Sequence record: DRR723986_10154
DNA length: 39,565 bases
Direction: 5' to 3' (one strand)
Positions within the stretch are counted from its first letter, which is position 1. The number at the start of each line of letters is the position of its first letter. The notes beneath the pieces are model-generated. The model was not told the origin of the DNA. It did no database searches and saw only the letters and a program-made list of their open reading frames with translations. A program made the position numbers and the translations under genes. Shown in pieces: positions 7,837-17,850 of the stretch.

Positions 7837-10682
7837 TAGGTGGGGGTGGCCTTCTCGACTAGTTCGGAATACTTCTTCACCAAAGCAGGCCACACGGTTC
7901 GTATCTGGTCCAACACTTCTTTGGCATCGATGGTCTGGTTGTTCAAGCCTTGCTCAAAATCCCGGAATACATGGTGCAAAGCCTGTTCGCCCAGCAAGGC
8001 CAACAAGCTGACCATGGAATGTATTTCACGCACAAAGGCGACTTCATCCAGCTGCTCCAGGTGGCCGCGCAACTTGGCTGGCAGGTCGGCACAGTGTTCC
8101 ATGAACAAATTGGGCAGGGCAGGTGGTGTGGGCAAAGGTGAAGGTGTTTCGGCGTGCAACAGATCGGCCAGTGTGGCGTACAGCACGCGGGCTTCCACGG
8201 GCTTGGCGATAAAGTCATCCATGCCCAAATCCAGGCAACGGTTTCGTATTTCTGAAAAAGCGTGTCCGGTCAAGCCCACCAAGGGGGTGTCCATCCATCG
8301 TGTTTGGTCGCGTAGCCAGGCCGTGAATTCATAGCCGTCCATCACCGGCATTTCAAGGTCGGTGATGATGACATCAAAGTGAGGCGCGTCGTCAGGGTCC
8401 AACAACTCCAAAGCCTCCTGACCGTGCTCACACACAGTCACCTGCATGCCTGCCGCCTTCAGGTACGAAGCCACCAGTTCCTGATTCACCGGGTGATCTT
8501 CCAGCACCAAGGCACTTTTTCCTTGAAGGGTCGAAGGATACTCCCGGGCTGCACCAGGCTGTGGCAAATTTGGCAGGTCCAGGCGCGGCGCTGCGCAGAT
8601 GTCTTGCATCAACACCGGGTGCGCAAGATGTATCAGTTGTTTGGTGAGTTCAGAGGGCAAGAGTTGCAGCAGCGCACTGTCGGCAGAAAGCAGATCACGG
8701 TCAATGGCCACTACCCGCAAAGCCGGGTTGCTCAGGTGCTCCAGGAGTTCGGCAGGCAGCGGCTCACTGGGGTCCAGCAAATCCGATTGAATGAATACCC
8801 AATCGCAAGTGTTTTCATCCAGGTGGTCTATGCACTGCCCCAGCGTACTCACCAGGGTGGCTTGCATGCCAGTGGCGTTCAGCACCGACATCACGCAGTC
8901 GGCCACTGGCCCTGGCTGGTGAAACAGCACGCCATGCTGGTAACCCAGTGGCAGGGGTTCAATCAAGATGTCGCTGTCATAGACCACAGGCACCGAGAAC
9001 CAAAAACAACTGCCCACGCCCGGTGTACTTTCGACTGAAATTTGTCCACCCATGCGGATCACCAACTCGCGGGCAATACTCAAACCTAAACCTGTACCGC
9101 CATACACTCGGCTGATGCTTGAATCGCCTTGCGCAAACTTTTCAAAAATTCGCTCAACTTGTGACTTGCTCAAACCCGAGCCGGTATCGTGCACCTCAAT
9201 TCGCAGGTCAAGCCCGGTGTCCGAACGGGTCTGCAGTTTAGAGAACACCCTGACGGAACCGCTTTCCGTGAACTTCACCGCATTGCTGAGCAGATTGCTC
9301 AGCACCTGCCGCAGCCTTGACGGATCCCCCACCAAACGTTGGCCCAGCTGGTTGGAGTAACCCGGTGCAACCTCGTTCAACAGCATCAGTTTGCGGCTGG
9401 CCGCCTGACTTTGCACTGCAAGAAATGAGTTGGCCAGCACTTCATCGAGCGTGAAAGGAATGTGCTCGAATTCAACCATGCCCGCTTCGGCCTTGGAGTA
9501 ATCCAGGATGTCGTTGAGTAAACCCAGCAACGATTTCGCGGCATCTTGTACTTTCAGCAAGTAGTTGCGTTCCTGCTCGGGCAGGTCTGACTTCAAGGTG
9601 AGCGCGGTCATCCCCAGAATGGCATTCATGGGTGTTCTGATTTCATGGCTCATATTGGCCAGCAACATACCGCGTGCCTCCACTTGTGCTTCGGCACGTT
9701 CCCGGCCCATTTTGGCTTCGAAGGCAATCAATTCAGCTGACCTTGCAGCCTCGCCCTGTTCCAGTTCGCGCTTGAATGATCCGATCATCAAGGCAAAGCC
9801 CTTTACCAAATTGCTCATTTCGGTCACAAAGCGGGGATTGGGTAGGGTAACGCTGTAATTACCCTGCGCAATTTGTTTGCTCACCTTGTTCAGTTCTCGA
9901 AGCGGTGCCACCACAAAGCGTTGCAACACGGCCAAGCCCACCAGGGCCATCAAGGTAACGAGCAAGCCCAGGTACAGGTCGAAATTTGCAGTGGCTTTGA
10001 TGTTGTTGGCCTGGGCAGCTATCACGGTTTGAAAGCCGAGTTCCACTGCGCGAATTCGACCCTGAATTTCAGCGCGAATGGCGTTGCTCATGCCCAGGTA
10101 TTCTTCCGAGAACAGCATTTGAATGGCAAGGTCGTCGCGCACAGGCGCTTCTGATACATATTTGCCCGCATCCGGGTCGTACAAGCCTTGGGTCAGTGCA
10201 AACACAATTTGTTCACGTTCTCGCAAACGTTTACTGAGGCTCAGGATATTTTCGACCGATACTTTTACATCTACGCTGAGGTTGGGCGCCACATTTTGTG
10301 GCGAAAGCAAACGGCTTTCAAGCGTTTCACCTTCGGCGGGCACCAGCGGTACCGCCTCGGTGTTGCCCGCGATCAGTTTGCTCCAGTAGACATTGTCGAC
10401 AGGCTGGGCATATTTGCGCGCGCCTGCGTGGGCGTCCAGCAGCTCGTAATAATTCACCAGGTGTTGGCTGTTTTTGCTGACCACAAAAGCGGCCACCAGG
10501 GTTTGCAGTGCATCGAATTCGGATTGCAGCAAGCGCAACTCATTGATGGCATTCAAGCGGGCGGTGAGCAGCGCTGTCTGCGACGTTTGCAATTGGTCTG
10601 CCCGTTCGCCCATCCACACATTGGAGGCCAGGCCGAGCAAAGTGGCAAACAAGACAAAACGAAACAGGGCTGCCAGCTTCAT
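7836..10682 (-). CDS. Hybrid sensor histidine kinase (periplasmic sensor, HAMP, HisKA, HATPase, pseudo-receiver, receiver, degenerate Hpt)
   Basis: Two TM helices, HAMP (PLRELN..IAQGNY), MSHEIRTPMN, NLLSNAVKFT, GGTGLGL, receiver DVIITDLEMP, and C-terminal EIHSMVSL. Confidence 0.93.
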   Translation of the reverse strand: MKLAALFRFVLFATLLGLASNVWMGERADQLQTSQTALLTARLNAINELRLLQSEFDALQTLVAAFVVSKNSQHLVNYYELLDAHAGARKYAQPVDNVYWSKLIAGNTEAVPLVPAEGETLESRLLSPQNVAPNLSVDVKVSVENILSLSKRLREREQIVFALTQGLYDPDAGKYVSEAPVRDDLAIQMLFSEEYLGMSNAIRAEIQGRIRAVELGFQTVIAAQANNIKATANFDLYLGLLVTLMALVGLAVLQRFVVAPLRELNKVSKQIAQGNYSVTLPNPRFVTEMSNLVKGFALMIGSFKRELEQGEAARSAELIAFEAKMGRERAEAQVEARGMLLANMSHEIRTPMNAILGMTALTLKSDLPEQERNYLLKVQDAAKSLLGLLNDILDYSKAEAGMVEFEHIPFTLDEVLANSFLAVQSQAASRKLMLLNEVAPGYSNQLGQRLVGDPSRLRQVLSNLLSNAVKFTESGSVRVFSKLQTRSDTGLDLRIEVHDTGSGLSKSQVERIFEKFAQGDSSISRVYGGTGLGLSIARELVIRMGGQISVESTPGVGSCFWFSVPVVYDSDILIEPLPLGYQHGVLFHQPGPVADCVMSVLNATGMQATLVSTLGQCIDHLDENTCDWVFIQSDLLDPSEPLPAELLEHLSNPALRVVAIDRDLLSADSALLQLLPSELTKQLIHLAHPVLMQDICAAPRLDLPNLPQPGAAREYPSTLQGKSALVLEDHPVNQELVASYLKAAGMQVTVCEHGQEALELLDPDDAPHFDVIITDLEMPVMDGYEFTAWLRDQTRWMDTPLVGLTGHAFSEIRNRCLDLGMDDFIAKPVEARVLYATLADLLHAETPSPLPTPPALPNLFMEHCADLPAKLRGHLEQLDEVAFVREIHSMVSLLALLGEQALHHVFRDFEQGLNNQTIDAKEVLDQIRTVWPALVKKYSELVEKATPT

Positions 10683-10730
10683 CAGGCAAAAAGGCGAGTG
10701 TGGACAAGCCCCTATTCTTACCGGAAAAGC

Positions 10731-11507
10731 TTAGTGCGTGTGCAGTGATTGCAAAATGAGCCAGAAAGCAGCAATGATCATGACTGCTGCAAAACTTCGG
10801 CGCAGGGCCTTTTCAGGCAGGTAGTGGGCGATGGCCACACCCGCCGACACAGTGAACAGCCCGCCAAAAGCCAGGGGCAAGCCCAATTCCCAGTTGACGC
10901 GGTGGGCCTTGGCGTAGGTGCTCAGTGCCATCACCGAGCTGGGGGCCACCAAGGCCAGCGACAAAGCCTGCGCCGTGGTTTGGGTGTGTTTGAACACGGT
11001 CGTTAACAGGGGTGTGGCCACCAGGCCGCCCCCCATGCCCAGCAGGCCCATGCTGGTGCCACCCAATACACCAACGATGGGCATGGTGGCAGTGCGAGGT
11101 TGATCGCTGTTGTTTGAATCCGCGCTGGGGTTTTTTCGCAGCATCAACATGCGCAGGCCCACCATCAAAATGAACAGGTTGAATATCCAGTGCAGTATGT
11201 CTTGATCAAGGCGAACAGCCAGTTTGGCGGTTAACCAGGTGGTTGCAGTGGCGGTGATGCCAATGGCAGCCACAGCCAGCCAAGGCAGCCTGTGATGCTG
11301 GTTGTAACGCCACCAGCCAATCAGCAAATTGGGCACCATCAGCACCAGTGCGGTGCCTTGGGCCAGGGCCTGGTCCATGCCAAACCCGATAATAAAAAGC
11401 GGGACGGCAATAATGCCGCCCCCAATACCAAACAGCCCACCGAAGAAACCCAAAGCCGCGCCCAACGACAAAACAAGGAGCAAATCAGGAAGAGCGAGCC
11501 AAGACAT
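10731..11507 (-). CDS. Sulfite exporter TauE/SafE family membrane protein
   Basis: Duplicated motif GLFGIGGG / GLLGMGGG with AQGTAL / AQALSL; about 8 TM segments. Confidence 0.9.
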   Translation of the reverse strand: MSWLALPDLLLVLSLGAALGFFGGLFGIGGGIIAVPLFIIGFGMDQALAQGTALVLMVPNLLIGWWRYNQHHRLPWLAVAAIGITATATTWLTAKLAVRLDQDILHWIFNLFILMVGLRMLMLRKNPSADSNNSDQPRTATMPIVGVLGGTSMGLLGMGGGLVATPLLTTVFKHTQTTAQALSLALVAPSSVMALSTYAKAHRVNWELGLPLAFGGLFTVSAGVAIAHYLPEKALRRSFAAVMIIAAFWLILQSLHTH

Positions 11508-11624
11508 GGGGTGGTGTGCCGTAGATGTGGAAGCGCTCAGTGTATTCGTTATAAAAATATCTACAATGATTCAATATTTAAAATATTATTAACAAATACG
11601 CACGAATCTTTGTTGGAGCAAGTT

Positions 11625-12530
11625 TTGAAGCAGTTGTCTGATCTCGCTTTTTTCAGCGAACTGGTGCGCCATGAAAGCCTGGCCAGCGCTGCCATGGCCT
11701 TTGATGTCACACCACCTGCCGTTAGCCGCCGTCTCGCGGCACTGGAAAAAAGGCTGGGCGTTCGCCTGCTTCACCGCAGCACACGGCGCATCGGTTTAAG
11801 TGCTGAAGGTGAACGTTACCTGGCGGAGGGCGCCAATATTCTTCGCCAAATCGATGTATTGGAGGCCACTTTGCGTGCCGGGCAAGACACCCCGCGTGGA
11901 CTGTTGCGTGTTAACGCCAGTCTGGGTTTTGGCCGCAAGCATGTGGCCAACGTGGTGTCGGCCTACCATGCCGAATTCCCGGCGGTGGAAGTCATTCTTG
12001 AACTGACGGACCACCCGATTGATTTGATTGAGGGTGGTTTTGATTTGTCGGTGCGCTTTGGCGAGCCACCTGACCAAAGGCTGATTGCCCAAAAGTTGGC
12101 CAGTAACCGGCGCATCTTGTGTGCAGCGCCTTCCTATTTGGCTGCGGCGGGTGAGTTGACCACACCGGGCGACTTAACCCGACACGACTGCCTGGTGATT
12201 CGGCAAGAGAACCACACGTTCAACAATTGGCAGTTGCGCAACGGCAAGCAGGAAACCACCGTGAAAGTGCACGGGCCCGTGAGTTCAAATGACGGTGATG
12301 TGTCTGTGCAATGGGCCTTGCAGGGCAAGGGTGTACTGCTGCGTTCCGAATGGGACATTCAGCAGGAACTGAAGACCGGCGCGTTGGTGCGTGTCTTGCC
12401 TGACTGGGCGGGTGCACCGGCCGATATATTCGCCGTGTGCCCCTACGCCAACCCCATGCCCGCCAAGACCCGCGAATTTATTCGTGTTACCCGCGAGGTG
12501 TTGGCCAGCCAAGCGGGGTTTATTGTTTAG
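11625..12530 (+). CDS. LysR-type transcriptional regulator (CrgA/DmlR-like), divergent from tauE
   Basis: HTH SLASAAMAFDVTPPAVSRRLAALEKRLGVRLLHRSTR and DLIEGGFDLSVRFG. A TTG start at 11625 after GGAG gives 301 aa. Confidence 0.92.
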   Translation: MKQLSDLAFFSELVRHESLASAAMAFDVTPPAVSRRLAALEKRLGVRLLHRSTRRIGLSAEGERYLAEGANILRQIDVLEATLRAGQDTPRGLLRVNASLGFGRKHVANVVSAYHAEFPAVEVILELTDHPIDLIEGGFDLSVRFGEPPDQRLIAQKLASNRRILCAAPSYLAAAGELTTPGDLTRHDCLVIRQENHTFNNWQLRNGKQETTVKVHGPVSSNDGDVSVQWALQGKGVLLRSEWDIQQELKTGALVRVLPDWAGAPADIFAVCPYANPMPAKTREFIRVTREVLASQAGFIV

Positions 12531-12541
12531 TTTTTAGCTGC

Positions 12542-15500
12542 TCACTTGTTGACAGCCACACCCAATTCCATTGGCACGGTTTTGTCATCATTGGCTTTGG
12601 TTTCTTTGGGCGAATCGGTTTTGACGCGCTCGGCGGGCACACCCGCTGAAGTCAGCCCGGTGCTTACCAAGTGCTGGCGTTGTGTGGCCAAGGCCTGCAG
12701 TTGTGCAGTGCTCACTTCCTCTGAGTCTTGCAGCTTTTGAGCCAGCACGGCGTAGAAATTTTTGCCTTTCAGTGCATTCACTTCAGCCTCGCTCAGCTCG
12801 CGCGTGTCTTTGAACAAATTGGTAATTTGCCCCAAGGCCTTTCCCGCCATACCTTGTTCCAGCTGGCCCGGGTTGGCCTTTCTGAAACCGGTTTTCATCG
12901 AGGCCAGTTCACCGCCACTGAAACGTTTTTCAAACAACGCCTCAATCGCTTTTTGGGTGGCCTCATTGTTCAGGGCAAGGGGGCCGGGGTTTTCACCGGG
13001 CTGCAATTTTTCGCCCGCTTGGGCGGCCACGGCGCGGCGCATTTGAAGGTTCTGGATGGCGGTTTTGTCGACCGGCGCCCAAGTGCCTTGCACGGTTAAA
13101 GCCAGGTTGGGGCGAGTGGTCAGTGCTTCGCCCAGCTTTTTCAAACCCTCGCGTTGTGAGGGGCTCAGCGTATTGGCCCCGGCGGTGAATTCAATTTTGC
13201 CCAGCTCATCGGCATCGCCGCCGCCAAACAAGGCACCCAAGGCCCGGAAGGGTGCTGTCACAATTTTCGTGAGCACATTGCCAATGGCTTTCCACACAAT
13301 GGCGCCGTAGCTGAACTGCGGGTCGTTCAAGTCGCCAGTGATGGGCAGGCCCAAATCGATACGGCCGTTGCTGTCCTCAAGAATCGCGATGGCCAACTCC
13401 AGGGGCAGGTCGCGACCTTGCGGGCTTTGCACACGTTCCCCCAGTTTCAGTTTGTCGACAATCACCTGGTTGCTGCTGTTGAGCTGCTGGTTTTCAATGT
13501 TGTACACCAGGTTCAGCGACAATTTGCCCGATTCAATTTTGCGGTTGGCAAATGTGCCGGAATAAGGCGTCAAATTGCGCATTTCCACATTGCTGAATTT
13601 CACGGCAATGTCCATGTAAGCCGTGGGGTCCAGCAGGTTGAGGGTGCCTTGTGCATCGGCTTCGCCAAATTCATCCACTGCGCCTGTCAACGCAAGCTCG
13701 CCGCGCGTCCCAGGCTTGTTCGACAAGCCGTTCAAAACACCCTCCAGGCTGTGAATGCGAGTGCCGAAAGGGATGAACAGCGACTCATCGGCAAAGTCCA
13801 GTTCACTGTCCGCAATGCTGAAGCGATCAATGTTGACTGCAAATGCGGGGGGTGCATTTGCAGCTGGTGTTGCAGGTTCAGCTTGTTGCTGCGTGGCCGT
13901 TGTCGGTTCTTCCTTGTTCACCAGAATTCGGCTGATGTTGGTTGATTTGTCTTTCGCAATCAACAGCGCTGTATCCAGGCCTTCAAGCGTCAGGCGTTGA
14001 ATATTCAAGCCTTGGGCATTGACACGCAGGCCGGGGGTAAACAGCTTTTTGAATTCGAAAAACGAATTGTTGGTGCCCGCTTCATTCAGCCGCAAGCCCG
14101 CCACAGTGAGGCTGCCGGCATAGCCTTGTTCCTTGGCGTTGTAGGTGGCTTTGCCTTTGGTGTAAATAGCGCCGCTGACCAGGTTCAGTTTGGCAAATTG
14201 GCCGATGAAGGGCTGTGCAGGTTTCAAGGCCAGCGCATTCACCTCAATGTTCATTTGAGTGGCTGCGGTACTGGGGTTGATGTCGCCATTCACAGCAATG
14301 CTTCCACCACTGGCCACATTCAGGCTGGCTTTCAGTGGCAGGGTTTTGGAAAGGTCTTGTGTCACACCGCTGGTTGATACCGCAATACTGTTCAAGCCAA
14401 TGTTTAACGCGGGGCTCACTGTTTGGTCTTGAATGTTGGCATTAATGCCGGAAAGGTCGATGGTGTTGACTGCGTAGGTCCAAGGTTTTGCAGGTGCCTC
14501 GTCGATTGTTTCAGGCGTGTTCTTGTCCGCTGGTTTCTTGGCAGGAACCCAGTCGTTGATCGCTGCCATCAAATCGAGTTCACCTTGGGCGTTGCGCTTC
14601 ACATTTACAGCGCCACCTTTCACTGTGGCGGCGTCAACCTCTGCATGTTGTTCGGCAAGGTCTACGAGGATAGGGCCGACTTCAATCGTATCCAGGCCAA
14701 TCGCCTTGGCCTTGCTGGCATGGTTTAACTGAAGGCCAGCCAGCACAATTCCAGTGAGTTCAGCTTTGTTGGCCTGCAAATCAAAGCTGGCGTTGTTGAT
14801 ATTCAGCTTGCTGAATTGGGCAGCAGCACTGGCACCCTGTGGCTTGGCGGCCATGCTGAATTCGCGCACTTCTGCGTTGATGTTGCTGATCAACACTTTG
14901 GGTTGTGCGGCTTGATTGGCTGGGGGGTCACCATCTGCGGGGGCGGTCTCATTGGCCTGCGATGCAGTGGCCTCTTCCTTCAGGTTCACATCAAAGTTCA
15001 AGGCCAGGTCGGCGCTACCAGCAGGTGGTGCTGTGGGCAAAAGCGGTGCCAATAGGGGTTCAAGTTTGGCGAGGTTCAAACCAGTCAGCGAGAATTCACC
15101 CGTGGCCGAAGGGTCGGCCAACTGAATTTGCGCGCGCAGTTCCAGTTCGGCGTCCAGCCCTGTCACGGCATTCAGCACAAAGTCGCCGTCGGTTTCGGAA
15201 CGGGTGGCCAAGTCGCGCAGCTCCAGGTTCAGCGGCGCAAAGCGGGTTTTCAGGCCATCGGGTTTGCGGCGGTCTTCAAAATCAATCGCTGCATCGCTAA
15301 TCAGCAAATGGCTTAACAAAAACGCAGGTGGCTCGGTGTTTTCCTCTTCAGGCTCTTCAGTTTTGAAAGCATCCAGAAGCGCGGTGAAGTTGTTCTTGCC
15401 CCCGGGCAGCAGCGCCACATTCAGGTTCAGGTTTTTCAGGTCAATTTGATCCAGCGCAACAAGGCCAGTGAACAGGTCAGTGCCGGAAACGTCCACAAAC

Positions 15501-15778
15501 AGTTGATCAAACGCCACCAGCTGCTCGCCCTCGGGCGTGGCCAGGCTCAGCTTGGGGATCCGAACGGTCAGCTTGAAGGGGTTGACCTCGGGCAAGTCCA
15601 TTTTCAGCACATGGCCGGAACGTTCAAGCACCTGCTTTTCAGCCTGCCAGTGCACCAAGCGAGGCAACCCGGCCCATGCAAACAGGTAAATAAAAACAAG
15701 GATGAACAGGGGTATCAACACCACTTTGGTGCGAAGAATATTGGCGATTTTCATTTTTATTGGTTGTACGGTGGACAT
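12542..15778 (-). CDS. DUF748 domain (AsmA-like) envelope protein
   Basis: N-terminal TM anchor, long beta-rich repeats, LPLELAIAILEDSNGRIDLGLPITGDLNDPQFSYG and KIVTAPFRALG, followed by an OmpA-like segment. Confidence 0.85.
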   Translation of the reverse strand: MSTVQPIKMKIANILRTKVVLIPLFILVFIYLFAWAGLPRLVHWQAEKQVLERSGHVLKMDLPEVNPFKLTVRIPKLSLATPEGEQLVAFDQLFVDVSGTDLFTGLVALDQIDLKNLNLNVALLPGGKNNFTALLDAFKTEEPEEENTEPPAFLLSHLLISDAAIDFEDRRKPDGLKTRFAPLNLELRDLATRSETDGDFVLNAVTGLDAELELRAQIQLADPSATGEFSLTGLNLAKLEPLLAPLLPTAPPAGSADLALNFDVNLKEEATASQANETAPADGDPPANQAAQPKVLISNINAEVREFSMAAKPQGASAAAQFSKLNINNASFDLQANKAELTGIVLAGLQLNHASKAKAIGLDTIEVGPILVDLAEQHAEVDAATVKGGAVNVKRNAQGELDLMAAINDWVPAKKPADKNTPETIDEAPAKPWTYAVNTIDLSGINANIQDQTVSPALNIGLNSIAVSTSGVTQDLSKTLPLKASLNVASGGSIAVNGDINPSTAATQMNIEVNALALKPAQPFIGQFAKLNLVSGAIYTKGKATYNAKEQGYAGSLTVAGLRLNEAGTNNSFFEFKKLFTPGLRVNAQGLNIQRLTLEGLDTALLIAKDKSTNISRILVNKEEPTTATQQQAEPATPAANAPPAFAVNIDRFSIADSELDFADESLFIPFGTRIHSLEGVLNGLSNKPGTRGELALTGAVDEFGEADAQGTLNLLDPTAYMDIAVKFSNVEMRNLTPYSGTFANRKIESGKLSLNLVYNIENQQLNSSNQVIVDKLKLGERVQSPQGRDLPLELAIAILEDSNGRIDLGLPITGDLNDPQFSYGAIVWKAIGNVLTKIVTAPFRALGALFGGGDADELGKIEFTAGANTLSPSQREGLKKLGEALTTRPNLALTVQGTWAPVDKTAIQNLQMRRAVAAQAGEKLQPGENPGPLALNNEATQKAIEALFEKRFSGGELASMKTGFRKANPGQLEQGMAGKALGQITNLFKDTRELSEAEVNALKGKNFYAVLAQKLQDSEEVSTAQLQALATQRQHLVSTGLTSAGVPAERVKTDSPKETKANDDKTVPMELGVAVNK

Positions 15779-15830
15779 ATGCCGTCAGTATCCTAGATCC
15801 CAGCGCTGGTGTACACTAACGCCTTCTTGC

Positions 15831-15906
15831 GCGGCTGTAGCTCAGTGGATAGAGTATTGGCCTCCGAAGCCAAGGGTCGTGGGTTCGATCCCCGCCAGCC
15901 GCGCCA
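15831..15906 (+). tRNA. tRNA-Arg(CCG)
   Basis: Acceptor stem GCGGCTG/CAGCCGC, D-arm, anticodon arm TTGGC-CTCCGAA-GCCAA, T-loop GGTTCGATCC, and encoded CCA. Confidence 0.97.
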
Positions 15907-15997
15907 TTTCTTATTCTCTCCGAAGGCCCGCCATTTGGGCGTTTCCGTCGGAAACCAGTTTTCTCTATCCAAAAATTTCTTGTTTCGCGCAGCATGT

Positions 15998-16077
15998 TTG
16001 TGCCCATTCTGTGCCCAAAAATTTTGGGCACGATGGGCACAAGAGTATCGGTTTGAAATAGGGCACACTTGTGCCCA
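15998..16077. repeat. Six copies of (T/C)GTGCCC(A/T) in direct and inverted orientation; putative integrase arm-type sites
   Basis: Forward at 15999, 16010 and 16070; reverse at 16025, 16034 and 16060. The first four form a near-perfect hairpin over 15998-16042. Confidence 0.75.
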
Positions 16078-16290
16078 AATTATTCGCTTGTTTTGATTTA
16101 GTAACCGCAATTCGGCCAAAGCGGACCATAAATTGGTAATTGACTCTGGCAGCAATTTAACGATAAGCCTACGTTCAGTCTGGTGTTCGTATGATTTACC
16201 GAGAGGGTATTAGCTAAAATGAGTCAGCGAACTGGATCAACGGGATCGCCAGCTCTCAAGTTCATGCGAGCAAGCCTGTAGTTGAGAGCA

Positions 16291-16683
16291 TCAAATGTTT
16301 AGGGAAGCCTTAATAATTTCACATTCTCCTATCGTACTGTGCCCTAAACATTTCGAACGCAAGCGTTGTAATTCACTTTTCAGTGCTTGAAGTTGACTGA
16401 GCCTTTTATCGATTTCGGTCAATTTATTGTCGATGGCATCGTTGATTGGCTCGCATGACACGCTGGGTGAATGTTTGAGTTTCAGTAAGGAGCGTATTTC
16501 ATCTAGCGATATGTCAATGTTGCGACAAAACACAACGAACGCTAAATCTTCGAGATGATGCTCGCCGTAAACCCGGTAGTTGGAGGCGGTTCGGTCTGGT
16601 GCACAAAGCAGGCCTTCCTTCTCGTAATAGCGTATTGCCTCCACCGTTATTCCCAACTTCTCGCTTAACTCACCGATTTTCAT
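16291..16683 (-). CDS. cadR: Cd(II)/Pb(II)-responsive MerR-family regulator (CadR/PbrR-like)
   Basis: MKIGELS..IRYYEKEGLL..RTASNYRVY, with three metal-binding Cys (VSCEPIN, KCLG, ECEII). Confidence 0.88.
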   Translation of the reverse strand: MKIGELSEKLGITVEAIRYYEKEGLLCAPDRTASNYRVYGEHHLEDLAFVVFCRNIDISLDEIRSLLKLKHSPSVSCEPINDAIDNKLTEIDKRLSQLQALKSELQRLRSKCLGHSTIGECEIIKASLNI

Positions 16684-16699
16684 CAATTTCTCCTCGGGG

Positions 16700-16730
16700 T
16701 TGACTCTAAAGCTACTTTAGGGTTTTTAAT
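16700..16730 (+). promoter_or_regulatory. MerR-type promoter/operator
   Basis: -35 TTGACT (16700-16705), 19-bp spacer, -10 TTTAAT (16725-16730). Dyad ACTCTAAAG-CTA-CTTTAGGGT at 16703-16723. Confidence 0.88.
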
Positions 16731-16761
16731 GAATGTATTGCAATTTCACGAGGAGATCAAG

Positions 16762-17385
16762 ATGCCAGGATGTTCAACATGTCACGACCATCAGCCGGCC
16801 CAATCAGTTTCACCAACCTATAAAAAAGTGTTATGGGTTGCTCTGGTTGTGAATTTGGGTATGTTCATCGTTGAGGTGGCTTCAGGTTTGAAGGCGGGCT
16901 CTGTCTCCCTGTTGGCGGATTCACTTGATTTTTTTGGCGACGCAGCGAACTACGCTGTTTCCCTTTTTGTGTTGGGCATGGCGCTGTCGATTCGTGCCAA
17001 AGCGGCCCTTGTTAAAGGTGCCACACTCGGAATTTTCGGGGTAGGCGTTTTGGCCTACACGGCGTATCGCCTTTGGACAGGGCAAGTTCCTGAACCTTTG
17101 ACCATGGGCGTGGTAGCGGTGTTGGCACTCGTTGCCAATGTGGCTGTAGCTTTGATGCTTTACAAATGGCGTGAAGGCGACTCGAACATGCAATCAGTGT
17201 GGCTTTGCAGCCGCAACGATGCCATAGGAAACGTAGCCGTGGTTGCAGCCGCCGGCTTGGTTGCCTGGACCGGCAGTGCATGGCCTGATTTGGCGGTAGC
17301 GGTGTTGATGGCCACTTTGGGTATTACCGCAGCTAGAACCATCATCACTCAAGCATGGCGCGAATTGAACCAAACCAGTGTGTGA
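16762..17385 (+). CDS. Cation diffusion facilitator lacking the C-terminal cytosolic domain
   Basis: N-terminal GCSTCHDH, SLLADSLDFFGDAANY, NMQSVWLCSRNDAIGN and WPDL; 207 aa; AGGAG SD. Confidence 0.88.
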   Translation: MPGCSTCHDHQPAQSVSPTYKKVLWVALVVNLGMFIVEVASGLKAGSVSLLADSLDFFGDAANYAVSLFVLGMALSIRAKAALVKGATLGIFGVGVLAYTAYRLWTGQVPEPLTMGVVAVLALVANVAVALMLYKWREGDSNMQSVWLCSRNDAIGNVAVVAAAGLVAWTGSAWPDLAVAVLMATLGITAARTIITQAWRELNQTSV

Positions 17386-17398
17386 TACTCTTACGCTC

Positions 17399-17764
17399 AT
17401 GAAAAATTTTTTCCTTGTCCTTCTTATGTTGGTACTACCGCTTCAAGCAGCGCTTGCAGCGGTGGAAGCCTATAACGGACACGGTGCAGAGCATGAATCT
17501 GCGATTGAGGCAGTGCTTCATACCCACGATGGGCATGATCACCACGCCGCACATCAGGCCACTCAGGACCAGCAGCAGGACAACAAACAGCAAGACCAAA
17601 CCTGCGATGGTGATCACCACCATTGCCATGCCCACAGTGTGAGCGTGCTGCCCAGTTTGTTGACTTTCGCCACACTTCCCAATGCCTTGGACCAAGCACC
17701 TGAAGAGTTCAACGGCTTTCAATCTTTCTCGTCAAACCGCATAGAACGCCCGAAATGGGTCTGA
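17399..17764 (+). CDS. czcI: CzcI-like His-rich periplasmic protein
   Basis: Signal LLMLVLPLQAALAA, His clusters (HTHDGHDHH, DHHHCHAH), C-terminal IERPKW, and position directly before the OMF gene. Confidence 0.65.
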   Translation: MKNFFLVLLMLVLPLQAALAAVEAYNGHGAEHESAIEAVLHTHDGHDHHAAHQATQDQQQDNKQQDQTCDGDHHHCHAHSVSVLPSLLTFATLPNALDQAPEEFNGFQSFSSNRIERPKWV

Positions 17765-17850
17765 ACAAAACCTGAATTAACCACCCTTTGATGCCTTTTT
17801 GTGCAGGCTAAAAAAGGACAGTTCATCTGTTTTGTTTGGAGAAATACCCC

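Noticed and set aside
11292-11624. N-terminal extension of the LysR ORF (412 aa in the track)
   Set aside because: It overlaps tauE on the opposite strand and the divergent promoter; the HTH begins at about 11625.
12542-15778. Large DUF748 protein as a novelty
   Set aside because: A widespread backbone family in Proteobacteria; nothing unusual in this context.
15998-16077. Repeat cluster as a CRISPR array or iterons
   Set aside because: Units are 8 bp in mixed orientation with no spacers, and there is no cas or rep gene.
15702-16155. Several ORF-track ORFs spanning the tRNA and repeat cluster
   Set aside because: They are translations of the tRNA and repeats, with no protein-like features.
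16155-16185. ATTTAACGATAA resembling a XerD half-site (pdif)
   Set aside because: It needs an insertion to fit, and there is no XerC half-site at 6-bp spacing.
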